A stretch of DNA of 64,000 nt, taken from assembly GCA_963785405.1 (NCBI GenBank), contig CAWAVF010000002.1, positions 425,569-489,568 of the forward strand, written 5' to 3'. Numbering within the stretch: position 1 is the stretch's first letter; each line of letters starts with the position of its first letter. Below the pieces are notes generated by a model. The model made no database searches. It worked only from the letters and a program-made list of their open reading frames with translations, and was not told where the DNA came from. Shown one piece after another: positions 10,797-25,572 of the stretch. Source of the DNA: an uncultured Gammaproteobacteria bacterium (GTDB lineage Bacteria; Pseudomonadota; Gammaproteobacteria; Steroidobacterales; Steroidobacteraceae). The translations under genes and the position numbers were made by a program.

Positions 10797-11690
10797 GTGT
10801 TCGACATCGATGGGATTCTATTGCTCGATAAGCCCCTGAAATTGAGCTCTGCCGGAGCCGTGGCGCGCGTCAAGCGGTTATTCAACGCCCGCAAGGCGGG
10901 GCACACCGGTTCGTTGGATCCGCTCGCGTCGGGATTGCTGCCCATCTGTTTTGGCGAAGCCACCAAGTTCGGCGCACAGCTGCTCGAGGCCGATAAAACC
11001 TACCGCGTGACGGTGCGCCTCGGTGAACGTACCGCGAGTGCGGATCGCGAGTCCGCCGTCATTGAAACGCGCCCGCTGCCGCAGTTCAGCTGCGAGCATC
11101 TAAAGCAGGCGCTGGCCAGTTTTCCGCGCAATTACCAGCAAGTGCCGCCCATGCACTCGGCGCTCAAACAGGACGGCAAACCCCTGTATGAGTATGCGCG
11201 GGCCGGCATCACGCGCGAACGCAGCGCGCGCGAGATCGTGATCCGCGAACTCAAGCTGCTCGACTGGCAGGCGCCGGATCTGTCATTCGAAGTACGCTGC
11301 ACGAAAGGCGCATACATACGCGTTCTGGCCGAGGATCTGGCCGCACAGCTGGGAACCATTGCGCATCTCGCGGCCTTGCGGCGCATTGGTGTGACGCCGT
11401 TCGCTGAACCGCTGTTCTCATTCGAGACATTGGAAGCGATGAGCCAAGCGCAGCGGCTCGCAGTGCTGCTTCCCGTGGATGCGGCGCTTTGCGCCTGCCG
11501 GCGGTTTGATTTGCCGGCGGGTGGGGTCAGTGCAGTTCGGCAGGGGCAGACCGTTCCCGTGGCGCTGGAACTCCCCGGAATGGTGCGTATCTATGCGCAG
11601 GGCTTGGGATTTCTGGGTTTGGGCGAAATTCAGGCGGCGGGCTGCTTGGTCCCGCTGCGACTTATTTCGTCAGCCACGAATCGTGCTTGA
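10797..11690 (+). CDS. truB: tRNA pseudouridine(55) synthase TruB
   Basis: 297 aa. GILLLDKP and the catalytic GHTGSLDPLASG motif. Confidence 0.95.
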   Translation: MFDIDGILLLDKPLKLSSAGAVARVKRLFNARKAGHTGSLDPLASGLLPICFGEATKFGAQLLEADKTYRVTVRLGERTASADRESAVIETRPLPQFSCEHLKQALASFPRNYQQVPPMHSALKQDGKPLYEYARAGITRERSAREIVIRELKLLDWQAPDLSFEVRCTKGAYIRVLAEDLAAQLGTIAHLAALRRIGVTPFAEPLFSFETLEAMSQAQRLAVLLPVDAALCACRRFDLPAGGVSAVRQGQTVPVALELPGMVRIYAQGLGFLGLGEIQAAGCLVPLRLISSATNRA

Positions 11691-11761
11691 GGGCAGGTGC
11701 CGCGACGCGTACAATGCGCGCCTTCTTAAAAGGTCTAAGTTATTGATTGAGGTTTGATTTC

Positions 11762-12031
11762 ATGCCACTTACTCGCGAAGAAAAGTCGGGCGTCGTCGGT
11801 AAATTCCAGCGTAGTACGCAGGACACCGGTTCCCCCGAGGTTCAAATTGCCTTGTTGTCCGAGCGCATTAACGGCTTGAGCCAGCATTTCACCACGCACA
11901 AAGCCGACCATGCATCGCGTCGCGGACTGCTCAAGATGGTCAATCAGCGCCGCAAGCTGCTCGATTACCTGAAGAGCAGAGTTCCGGACAAGTACACGCA
12001 ATTGGTCGAACGCTTAGGGTTACGCCGATAA
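11762..12031 (+). CDS. rpsO: 30S ribosomal protein S15
   Basis: ORF 11747..12031. ATG at 11762 gives an 89-aa S15 ([42 protein letters not shown]). Confidence 0.96.
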   Translation: MPLTREEKSGVVGKFQRSTQDTGSPEVQIALLSERINGLSQHFTTHKADHASRRGLLKMVNQRRKLLDYLKSRVPDKYTQLVERLGLRR

Positions 12032-12099
12032 AAGGCGCCGCTGCAGGCGCGCATTTAGCGCCTGTCCATCATATTCGATTTACGCAAAGGGGGCTCTAA

Positions 12100-14187
12100 G
12101 TGAGCGCTACCAAAAAAAGTTTTCAATTTGGAGATCACACGGTAACCATCGAGACGGGCGAGCTGGCCCGGCAGGCCGATGGCGCCGTGCTGGTATCGAT
12201 GAGCGAGACTGTGGTGCTGGTGACCGCCGTGGGCCTGAAGAAGGCGGCGCCGGGCCGCGACTTCTTCCCCCTCACCGTAAATTACCAGGAAAAGACCTAT
12301 GCCGCGGGCCGCATCCCCGGCGGATTTTTCAAGCGCGAAGGGCGTCCCACGGAGAAGGAAACTCTCACCTCGCGCCTGATCGATAGGCCGATACGGCCGC
12401 TGTTTCCGGATGGATTCACCAATGACGTTCAAGTGGTCGCCTCCGTAATATCGGTGAACTCAGAAGTAGATCCGGATATTGCTTCGTTGCTCGGCGCCTC
12501 GGCGGCGCTGGCGATCTCCGGAATGCCGTTCATGGGTCCGATTGGAGCCGCGCGCGTCGGATTTATGGACGGTAAGTACATCCTCAATCCGACAACCTCG
12601 CAGCTCGCGCAGTCGAAGCTCGACCTGGTGGTTGCCGGGACCGAAGAAGGAGTCCTGATGGTGGAATCCGAGGCGAGCGGCCTGGACGAGGAAGTCATGC
12701 TCGGCGCGGTGATGTTCGGTCACGAGCAGATGCAGGTCGCAATCAAGGCCATCAAGGAACTGGCGGCGGAAGCCGGCAAACCGAAATGGGTATGGGCCAT
12801 GCCCCTGGAAATCGGAGATCTGAAGAAAGCCGTCAGCTCTTTTGCCGAGAAGGATCTGGCCGCGGCCTATGCGGTAACCGAGAAACAGAAGCGTCACACC
12901 CGCATCGGCGAGATCAAGAACGCGCTGCTCGAGTCATTGGCGTCCGGCGAACATCCTAAATTCACCAAGGAAGAAGTCGGGACCGAGTTTTTCAATTTGG
13001 AACATCGGCTGGTGCGCGAGCGGATCCTGGAAGGACATCCGCGCATCGACGGGCGCGACACCAAGACCGTCCGTCCAATCAAAATTCGTACCGGCGTGCT
13101 GGCGCGAACCCACGGTTCGGCATTGTTCACGCGCGGCGAGACCCAGGCGCTGGTCGTCACCACCTTGGGGACAGGGCGCGATGCGCAGATCATCGACGGG
13201 CTGATGGGCGAGCGCAAAGAACCGTTCATGCTGCACTATAATTTCCCTCCCTTCAGCGTCGGCGAGACCGGCATGATGGGCTCGCCGAAGCGCCGCGAAA
13301 TCGGCCATGGCAATCTGGCGAAACGCGGTGTCAAGGCGGTCATGCCGGGATCGGACAAGTTCCCGTACGTGATCCGCGTCGTGTCCGAGATTCTCGAATC
13401 GAATGGTTCAAGTTCGATGGCTTCGGTTTGCGGCACCAGTCTTGCGTTGATGGACGCCGGCGTGCCGATCAAGGCGCCGGTGGCCGGAGTGGCAATGGGC
13501 CTGGTCAAAGAAGGCGCGCGCTTCAAGGTGTTGACTGACATATTGGGCGACGAGGATCACCTCGGCGACATGGATTTCAAGGTGGCCGGCACCAAAGACG
13601 GCATCACCGCGCTGCAGATGGACATCAAGATCACGAGCATCACGCGCGAGATCATGAAGGTGGCACTGGATCAGGCGCGCGACGGCCGATTGCACATCCT
13701 GGGCGAGATGAACAAGGTGCTCTCCAAACCTCGCGAGAACATGTCCGAGTGGGCGCCCACCATCATCACCTTGAAGATCGATCCGGAGAAAATCCGCGAC
13801 GTGATCGGCAAGGGCGGCGCCGTCATCCGGCAGATCACCGAAGAGACCGGCACATCGATCGACATCGAGAACGACGGTACCGTGAAGATTGCCTCGGTGC
13901 AGGGTGCCGCCGGACGCGAAGCACAGCGGCGCATCGAGTTGATCACCGCGGATGTCGAGGTGGGGCGGATCTACGAGGGCAAGGTCGCACGATTGATGGA
14001 TTTCGGGGCCTTCGTGACCATTCTTCCCGGACGCGATGGCCTGGTGCACATTTCGCAGATCTCCGAAGAGCGCGTCGAGCGCGTGGGCGACAAGCTCAAG
14101 GAAGGCGACTTGGTGCGGGTCAAAGTGCTCGAAGTGGATCGGCAGGGGCGGGTGCGTCTATCCATGCGCAACGTGGACGCCGCCTAA
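12100..14187 (+). CDS. pnp: Polyribonucleotide nucleotidyltransferase (PNPase)
   Basis: 695 aa. GTG start preceded by GGGGG. Two RNase PH domains plus KH and S1 at the C-terminus. Confidence 0.97.
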   Translation: MSATKKSFQFGDHTVTIETGELARQADGAVLVSMSETVVLVTAVGLKKAAPGRDFFPLTVNYQEKTYAAGRIPGGFFKREGRPTEKETLTSRLIDRPIRPLFPDGFTNDVQVVASVISVNSEVDPDIASLLGASAALAISGMPFMGPIGAARVGFMDGKYILNPTTSQLAQSKLDLVVAGTEEGVLMVESEASGLDEEVMLGAVMFGHEQMQVAIKAIKELAAEAGKPKWVWAMPLEIGDLKKAVSSFAEKDLAAAYAVTEKQKRHTRIGEIKNALLESLASGEHPKFTKEEVGTEFFNLEHRLVRERILEGHPRIDGRDTKTVRPIKIRTGVLARTHGSALFTRGETQALVVTTLGTGRDAQIIDGLMGERKEPFMLHYNFPPFSVGETGMMGSPKRREIGHGNLAKRGVKAVMPGSDKFPYVIRVVSEILESNGSSSMASVCGTSLALMDAGVPIKAPVAGVAMGLVKEGARFKVLTDILGDEDHLGDMDFKVAGTKDGITALQMDIKITSITREIMKVALDQARDGRLHILGEMNKVLSKPRENMSEWAPTIITLKIDPEKIRDVIGKGGAVIRQITEETGTSIDIENDGTVKIASVQGAAGREAQRRIELITADVEVGRIYEGKVARLMDFGAFVTILPGRDGLVHISQISEERVERVGDKLKEGDLVRVKVLEVDRQGRVRLSMRNVDAA

Positions 14188-14270
14188 GGCCTGGCGCGGC
14201 CTACCCACTGGCGCGCGCCGCCGCGCCATGAAGTACTACACCGCGCCGTCGGCGGTTCGGCCGCCTGCGG

Positions 14271-14681
14271 CTAGCCGTCGCGTACCAAATCCGACGTGAC
14301 GCGCGGCCGGGGCGGTTCGCCGCCGGCCACCGTCTTGGTGCGCTCGCGAAGCTGCGGCGCCGCCTGCTGCTGGCTCATGAGCTGCTTGAGGCTCTGCTCC
14401 AAGTGCGGGCTCACCTGGCCTTGTAGATTGGTGCCGTAGGAGCGAATCACGCTTACCATGAACTCCTGGCTCAGGATGGGCTCAGCCAGGTGTTCCTGTT
14501 CAGCAATGACCTGCAGTAAAATACTGCGCGAAATGTCGGCATTGTTTTTCTTGTCGACTACGACGAAATCAATCTTCTCGACCACCAGGCGCCTGACATC
14601 CGCCAAGGTGATGTAACGGCTCTCGACGGTGTCATACAAACGACGATTCGGATATTTCTTAATCACTCGCGGTTCGCTCAT
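14271..14681 (-). CDS. phaR: Polyhydroxyalkanoate synthesis repressor PhaR
   Basis: ORF 14271..14816. The internal ATG at 14681 (GAGGAG 4 nt upstream) gives MSEPRVIKKYPNRRLYDT..., the hallmark PhaR N-terminus. Confidence 0.85.
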   Translation of the reverse strand: MSEPRVIKKYPNRRLYDTVESRYITLADVRRLVVEKIDFVVVDKKNNADISRSILLQVIAEQEHLAEPILSQEFMVSVIRSYGTNLQGQVSPHLEQSLKQLMSQQQAAPQLRERTKTVAGGEPPRPRVTSDLVRDG

Positions 14682-14831
14682 GGGGCTCCTCGCTCGTGTT
14701 GGCCGACGCGCCGCCGGAAGATGCCGGTTCGTGCCAGACCACGCTTGAACCTTTCCTTGAAGGTAAGGGTACCAGAGCAAAGAATAGCGCAATGCAGCGC
14801 CAAGGCAAATCGGCATTTTTATTCATAATTA

Positions 14832-15656
14832 TTAGCCGCTTACGCGCAAATTAAGACGTTTCGGGATGTACCTCAAGTCCCATTGACCGATCGCCCAGCG
14901 CCATATTTCGGCAACCCGGGCTGTGCGCAGCGAATCGGGCGGCGCCAATCCGAGCAGCGAAAAGATCGACAGCAGCTGCGGTAGCGGCGAGTCTGCGCGG
15001 AGCTGTACGCTGCGGCGCGACTTCGCAAGTTTGCTGTCATCCGGTTCCGTGAGCACCGGAACATGCGCGTAGCTGGGTTGCGGCAGGCCGAGCAGGCGCT
15101 GCAAAACGATTTGCCGTGGTGTGTTGTCCAGCAAGTCGGCGCCGCGCACGATGTGCGTTACTCCCTGCGCCGCATCGTCGACGACCACGGCGAGCACATA
15201 GGCAAATATTTGATCGCGTCGCTTGAGGATGAAGTCGCCGACCGCCGCCGATACCTCCTGGCGGTACACGCCTTGGATGCGATCCTCGAAACTGACATAG
15301 CCCGGTTCGATGCGCAGTCGTGTCGCGGCAGGCGTTCCGGCAAGGATGGTGCGACTGCGGCAAGTGCCGGGATAGCGTTGCTCATCTTCCAATTGCAGGC
15401 GGCTGCAGGAACACGCGAATGTCAAATTGCGCTCGCGCAGGCTTCGCAGTCCCGCATCGTACTGCTCGCTGCGGTCACACTGATGAACCACAGGCCCGTC
15501 CCATTCGAAGCCGAACATCTCCAGTGCGCGCAGGATTCTTTCGGCCGCGCCCGCGACCTCTCTCGGCCGATCGAGATCCTCGATGCGCAGTAGCCAGCGG
15601 CCGCCATGGGCACGGGCGTCGAGGTAACTGGCAGCCGCCGTATATAAAGAGCCCAA
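14832..15656 (-). CDS. gluQ: tRNA glutamyl-Q(34) synthetase GluQRS (start codon unresolved; homology continues upstream to at least 15698)
   Basis: The ORF-track start is a TTG inside the conserved motif. Upstream in-frame codons encode YVGRFAPTPSGDLH, the class-I HIGH-like region. WLLRIEDLD and KLAKSRRS are present. See finding. Confidence 0.85.
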   Translation of the reverse strand: MGSLYTAAASYLDARAHGGRWLLRIEDLDRPREVAGAAERILRALEMFGFEWDGPVVHQCDRSEQYDAGLRSLRERNLTFACSCSRLQLEDEQRYPGTCRSRTILAGTPAATRLRIEPGYVSFEDRIQGVYRQEVSAAVGDFILKRRDQIFAYVLAVVVDDAAQGVTHIVRGADLLDNTPRQIVLQRLLGLPQPSYAHVPVLTEPDDSKLAKSRRSVQLRADSPLPQLLSIFSLLGLAPPDSLRTARVAEIWRWAIGQWDLRYIPKRLNLRVSG

Positions 15657-15708
15657 GTGCAGGTCGCCCGACGGCGTGGGCGCGAACCGGCCTACGTAAG
15701 GCGCTGTG

Positions 15709-16554
15709 CTATCGGTACCGGTCGTCGCGGTCGCCGTATTGCTTTTCCCGGCGCTCGCGCCGCTCCTGGGCTTCGACGGACAACGTGGCGACCGGTCGGG
15801 CCTCCAGGCGCTTGATGCCTATTTCCTCGCCGGTTTCCAAACAGTAGCCGTAGGAGCCGTCCTCGATGCGTTTCAGCGCCTCGTCGATTTTACGGATCAG
15901 CTTGCGCTCTCGATCACGCGTGCGCAGTTCGAGGCTGAACTCTTCCTCTTGCGTCGCCCGGTCATTCGGATCGGGGAAATTGGCCGCCTCGTCCTTCATA
16001 TGCAGCACGGTGCGGTCCACTTCCACCATCAGATCGCGCTTCCAGTTTTGCAGTATGCGAGCGAAGTGCTCCAACTGCTCCTTGTTCATGTACTGCTCGC
16101 CGCGGCGAGCAATATACGGCTTCACATTGCGCGGCCCCGCCAGCAAGCTGGCGGACACGCTGGATTCCTCGCCATCCTCGTCGTTTTGCGGCACGCGGGG
16201 CATCACGAGCGGGCGTGTATCGAACTTGATCGGCGCAATCTTTTCGGCGCCGGACTTCGGGACTGGATGCGCCGCGGCGGGCGCGGGCTTCGGAGCGGCG
16301 GATTTCACGGGTGTTTTGCTGATCACAGGCTTTGCGGGCACGGGCTTGAGTTGACTCTTGGCTGCGGGTTTTGCAACGGGTTTCGGTTTCGGTATGGATT
16401 TGCTCGGTTTCACTGTTACCTTCGATGTGGCGATGGGCTTTGCTTTCGCTGGCGGCCGTGCCACCTTCTTCGCAGCGGCTGCTTTGGAAGCCGCTTTTTT
16501 GGGTATCGCCTTACCTGGCCGCTTAGCCGCTTTATTCGGTTTCTTCGAGGGCAT
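15709..16554 (-). CDS. dksA: RNA polymerase-binding transcription factor DksA with a long basic N-terminal extension
   Basis: 281 aa. The C-terminal 164 aa align with DksA (EQYMNKEQLEHF, FPDPNDRATQEEEFSLELRTRDRERKLI, IGIKRLEARP). AGGAGG lies 12 nt upstream of the ATG at 16554. The internal ATG at 16203 has no Shine-Dalgarno. Confidence 0.85.
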   Translation of the reverse strand: MPSKKPNKAAKRPGKAIPKKAASKAAAAKKVARPPAKAKPIATSKVTVKPSKSIPKPKPVAKPAAKSQLKPVPAKPVISKTPVKSAAPKPAPAAAHPVPKSGAEKIAPIKFDTRPLVMPRVPQNDEDGEESSVSASLLAGPRNVKPYIARRGEQYMNKEQLEHFARILQNWKRDLMVEVDRTVLHMKDEAANFPDPNDRATQEEEFSLELRTRDRERKLIRKIDEALKRIEDGSYGYCLETGEEIGIKRLEARPVATLSVEAQERRERREKQYGDRDDRYR

Positions 16555-16588
16555 TTGAGTTTTCCGCCTCCTAACGAAAGAGCGCGCG

Positions 16589-16616
16589 ATTATACCGACG
16601 CATTGACGCGTGTACA
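16589..16616 (-). promoter_or_regulatory. Candidate dksA promoter
   Basis: Minus strand: TGTACA, 16 nt spacer, TATAAT, then GC-rich discriminator CGCGCGC. Confidence 0.4.
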
Positions 16617-16665
16617 GAGCGCGCGCACAACATATTTTCGTAACTTAAGCCTATGATTGGGAAGC

Positions 16666-16702
16666 AAAACCCCGGTACCGAGGGGCGGGGCCCACGCGGC
16701 CC
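16666..16702 (-). terminator. Possible queF terminator
   Basis: Minus strand: GGGCC-gcgtg-GGCCC, then CCCC-8 nt-GGGG followed by TTTT. The stems are short. Confidence 0.35.
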
Positions 16703-16718
16703 TTTGGATTGCAGGAGC

Positions 16719-17105
16719 TTACGGCAGGGAAATGGGGCCGGGCTGGACCCAACCGGCAGCTCGGTGCTCCGTCACCACGCTGGTGTATATCCCTCCCCGC
16801 ACGTTGAATTTGGCCGAAAGCCGCATGAATCGCGGTGCCGTCGCGGCGACCAGATCGTGCAGTATTTCGTTGGTTACCGCCTCATGAAACGCGCCGCGAC
16901 TGCGAAACGACCAGATGTAGAGTTTCAAGGATTTCAGCTCGACGCAGCGCTCGTTGGGCACGTACTCGAGTTTCAGGGTGGCAAAGTCCGGCTGCCCGGT
17001 TTTCGGGCAAAGGCAGGTAAATTCGGGAATCACCATGCGAATCGTGTAGTCCCGCTCGGGTGTTGGATTTGCGAAGGTCTCGAGCGTGGCACTGGGCTGG
17101 GTCAT
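16719..17105 (-). CDS. queF: NADPH-dependent 7-cyano-7-deazaguanine (preQ0) reductase, unimodular type
   Basis: 128 aa. Catalytic CPKTGQPD and the QueF motif [13 protein letters not shown]. Confidence 0.93.
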   Translation of the reverse strand: MTQPSATLETFANPTPERDYTIRMVIPEFTCLCPKTGQPDFATLKLEYVPNERCVELKSLKLYIWSFRSRGAFHEAVTNEILHDLVAATAPRFMRLSAKFNVRGGIYTSVVTEHRAAGWVQPGPISLP

Positions 17106-17239
17106 GAAGCAATCGGCGGTCGTTGTTCGGGGGTTTACGAATGTGACGATTACTTTACACTACGCGCCAAGCCATGGAACCCTCGCGCGAAACTCGAAGC
17201 GACGATACCCGGCCGGCGGAATTTCAAGGTCACTGAACA

Positions 17240-20743
<3,504 letters not shown>

Positions 20744-20754
20744 GGCGTGCTCAT

Positions 20755-23717
<2,963 letters not shown>

Positions 23718-23727
23718 GCCGCCTCAA

Positions 23728-24582
23728 CTATAGCGTTTTATCTATCTTGGCGGTTTTCTTCATGCCTTCCGCATAGGCCTGGAGTTTCTTCTGGATGATG
23801 CCGTTTGTGACCTGCTGCTTGACCTGCTCGAACGGCGGCGGCGCCATTTCACGGGTGTCATCTAAGCGGATCACATGCCAGCCGAATTGCGTTTGTACGG
23901 GTGTGGCGGTCATTTCACCTTTCTTCAGGGCCTTCACCGCCTCGGCGAACGGCTTTGCCATGCGCGAAAGCGTGAACCAGCCAAGATCTCCGCCATTGGC
24001 TTTGGAGCCATCGGTGGACTCGGCCTTGGCCACGTCTTCAAACTTGGCGCCGCCCTTGATCTTCTTGATGGCGGCTTCAGCCAGTTCCTTGGTGGCAACC
24101 AGAATGTGCCGTGCGTGGTACTCGGTCTTGTCCATCGCGGCGATGTCAGTATCGTACTCGGCCTTCAATTCCGCTTCGGTCGGATCCTTGCCCTTCAGAT
24201 AATTCTGCGACTCGCTGTCGGCCAGCACGCGCATGCGTAGCACGTTGAGCCGTGCGGCAACATCCGGATCCTTGTCGAGACCATCTTTCACGGCCTGGCC
24301 GGCCAGCAATTGCATGCTGATCATCTCATCCAGGACCTGGTTTCTCTGTTCCGCGGTGAGTTCGGTGGCAGGCCGGCCCTGCAGCAGGCTCTTCAGGTAG
24401 ACGTCGTACTCGGCCCGCGAAATGGGTGAGCCGTCAACGGTGGCAACCGGGGCCGGCGCTGCTTTGTCCGCAACCGCGGGCGCCGCGGCCTGCTGCTGGC
24501 CTTTTCCGCACGCCGCCATCAAGACGACAATGGCTGTCACGATGGACGCACGGGTCCATGGTGTACTCAAAAATTGGGTCAT
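23728..24582 (-). CDS. Peptidyl-prolyl cis-trans isomerase, parvulin/PpiC-type lipoprotein
   Basis: 284 aa. Lipobox LMAAC and a parvulin domain (HARHILV...GGDLGWF...TQFGWHVI). Confidence 0.85.
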   Translation of the reverse strand: MTQFLSTPWTRASIVTAIVVLMAACGKGQQQAAAPAVADKAAPAPVATVDGSPISRAEYDVYLKSLLQGRPATELTAEQRNQVLDEMISMQLLAGQAVKDGLDKDPDVAARLNVLRMRVLADSESQNYLKGKDPTEAELKAEYDTDIAAMDKTEYHARHILVATKELAEAAIKKIKGGAKFEDVAKAESTDGSKANGGDLGWFTLSRMAKPFAEAVKALKKGEMTATPVQTQFGWHVIRLDDTREMAPPPFEQVKQQVTNGIIQKKLQAYAEGMKKTAKIDKTL

Positions 24583-24741
24583 TTGTTTCCTCTACGCAAA
24601 AAAAAAGCGACTACGGCCGAAGGCCTACGCGCCCGGGGGCGGCAGTTTAGCCTTAAACAGCGCTATCTCACCAATTTTTTGCTTGCGATTGCCTGAGGAC
24701 AGGGACGCATGTTGCGATGCAACAATGATCCTATCTTTGCG

Positions 24742-25551
24742 TTACTCGGTCGGGGGTAGAGCTTCGATCGCCAGCGCATGAATGTCGGATTTCATCAGGT
24801 CATCGACCGCCGCGTACACCAGTCGATGGCGCGCAACGGCGGGAACTCCGCGAAACGCCTCGGCCACGATCCGAACGCGAAAGTGGCTATGCCCATCCGC
24901 AGCGCCCGCATGGCCTGCGTGCAGATGGCTTTCATCTTCGATGGTGAGCTGCGCGGGCGCGAACCGGGATACCAGCCGTTCGCGCAGCCGTTGCGCACGG
25001 TTGCCGGCAGTGGGAGCAGCAACCTTGGTGGCCAACCAGAAGACCTGCGGAATCAGGAACACGATGGTCGCCACGGTGATGCCGAATACTTTGAACTTCA
25101 CCCAAACGCCTTCTGCAAAATTGCGCGCTATGTAGAGATTGGCGGCGGCCAGCAGCGCAAACCATGCAGCCCAGAGACTATTGAACACCAGCCAGGTGCG
25201 CCTCGAGATCTGCAGCGGTTCTTCGAAGGCCGACTCGAGCATACGCCGCACGAGCGGTTGCTTGCCTACAGCCATGCTGCCGAGGAACGCAGCCGCGGTC
25301 AGCCCCAGGAGCACCGTGGGTTTCCATTGGATGAAACGTCGATCGTGCAGCAGCAGCGTCGCTGCGCCCAGGATCACGACCACCGCCACGGTGATGATAT
25401 GCATGGTCTTGAATTTACCGGTGCGCACACGGTGCACCACCAGCACCAGCACGCAGGCGAGCATCAGCGCAGCCGTGGCCCAGTAAATGTCCAGAAATTC
25501 GAATGCGGCAAAAAAAACGATGAGCGGCGAGAATTCGAGTAGTTGATTCAT
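24742..25551 (-). CDS. yciB: Fusion protein: intracellular septation protein A (YciB/IspZ) N-terminal domain plus BolA-family C-terminal domain
   Basis: ORF 24742..25950. The upstream part is antisense to yciO. ATG at 25551 gives MNQLLEFSPLIVFFAAFEF... (5-TM YciB, ~175 aa), a VAAPTAGN linker, then RLRERLVSRFAPAQLTIEDESHLHAGHAG...HFRVRIVAEAFRG...HRLVY...IHALAIEA (BolA). Confidence 0.85.
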   Translation of the reverse strand: MNQLLEFSPLIVFFAAFEFLDIYWATAALMLACVLVLVVHRVRTGKFKTMHIITVAVVVILGAATLLLHDRRFIQWKPTVLLGLTAAAFLGSMAVGKQPLVRRMLESAFEEPLQISRRTWLVFNSLWAAWFALLAAANLYIARNFAEGVWVKFKVFGITVATIVFLIPQVFWLATKVAAPTAGNRAQRLRERLVSRFAPAQLTIEDESHLHAGHAGAADGHSHFRVRIVAEAFRGVPAVARHRLVYAAVDDLMKSDIHALAIEALPPTE

Positions 25552-25572
25552 CCGCGTATCATAGCGGACGCA

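Noticed and set aside
12034-12062. Alternative GC hairpins (GCGCC/GGCGC/GCGCC) between rpsO and pnp, considered as a possible rpsO terminator or RNase III/PNPase autoregulatory site.
   Set aside because: The stems are only 5 bp with no U-tract. I cannot distinguish function from chance in GC-rich sequence.
14817-14831. AT-rich TTTTTATTCATAATTATTA next to the gluQ stop resembled part of a dif/XerCD site.
   Set aside because: It lacks the central TGTATA spacer and the second arm. More likely it is an UP-element or AT-rich promoter region for phaR.
17106-17239. Looked for a preQ1 riboswitch upstream of queF.
   Set aside because: I could not find the short P1 hairpin plus A-rich tail or pseudoknot pattern. 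The region is shared with the divergent smc promoter.
24598-24631. T8 run (minus strand) near a GGCC-ttc-GGCC stem between the yciB-bolA fusion and the PPIase gene, considered as a terminator.
   Set aside because: The stem is only 4 bp and the T-run is 8 nt away from it, so this is not a canonical intrinsic terminator.
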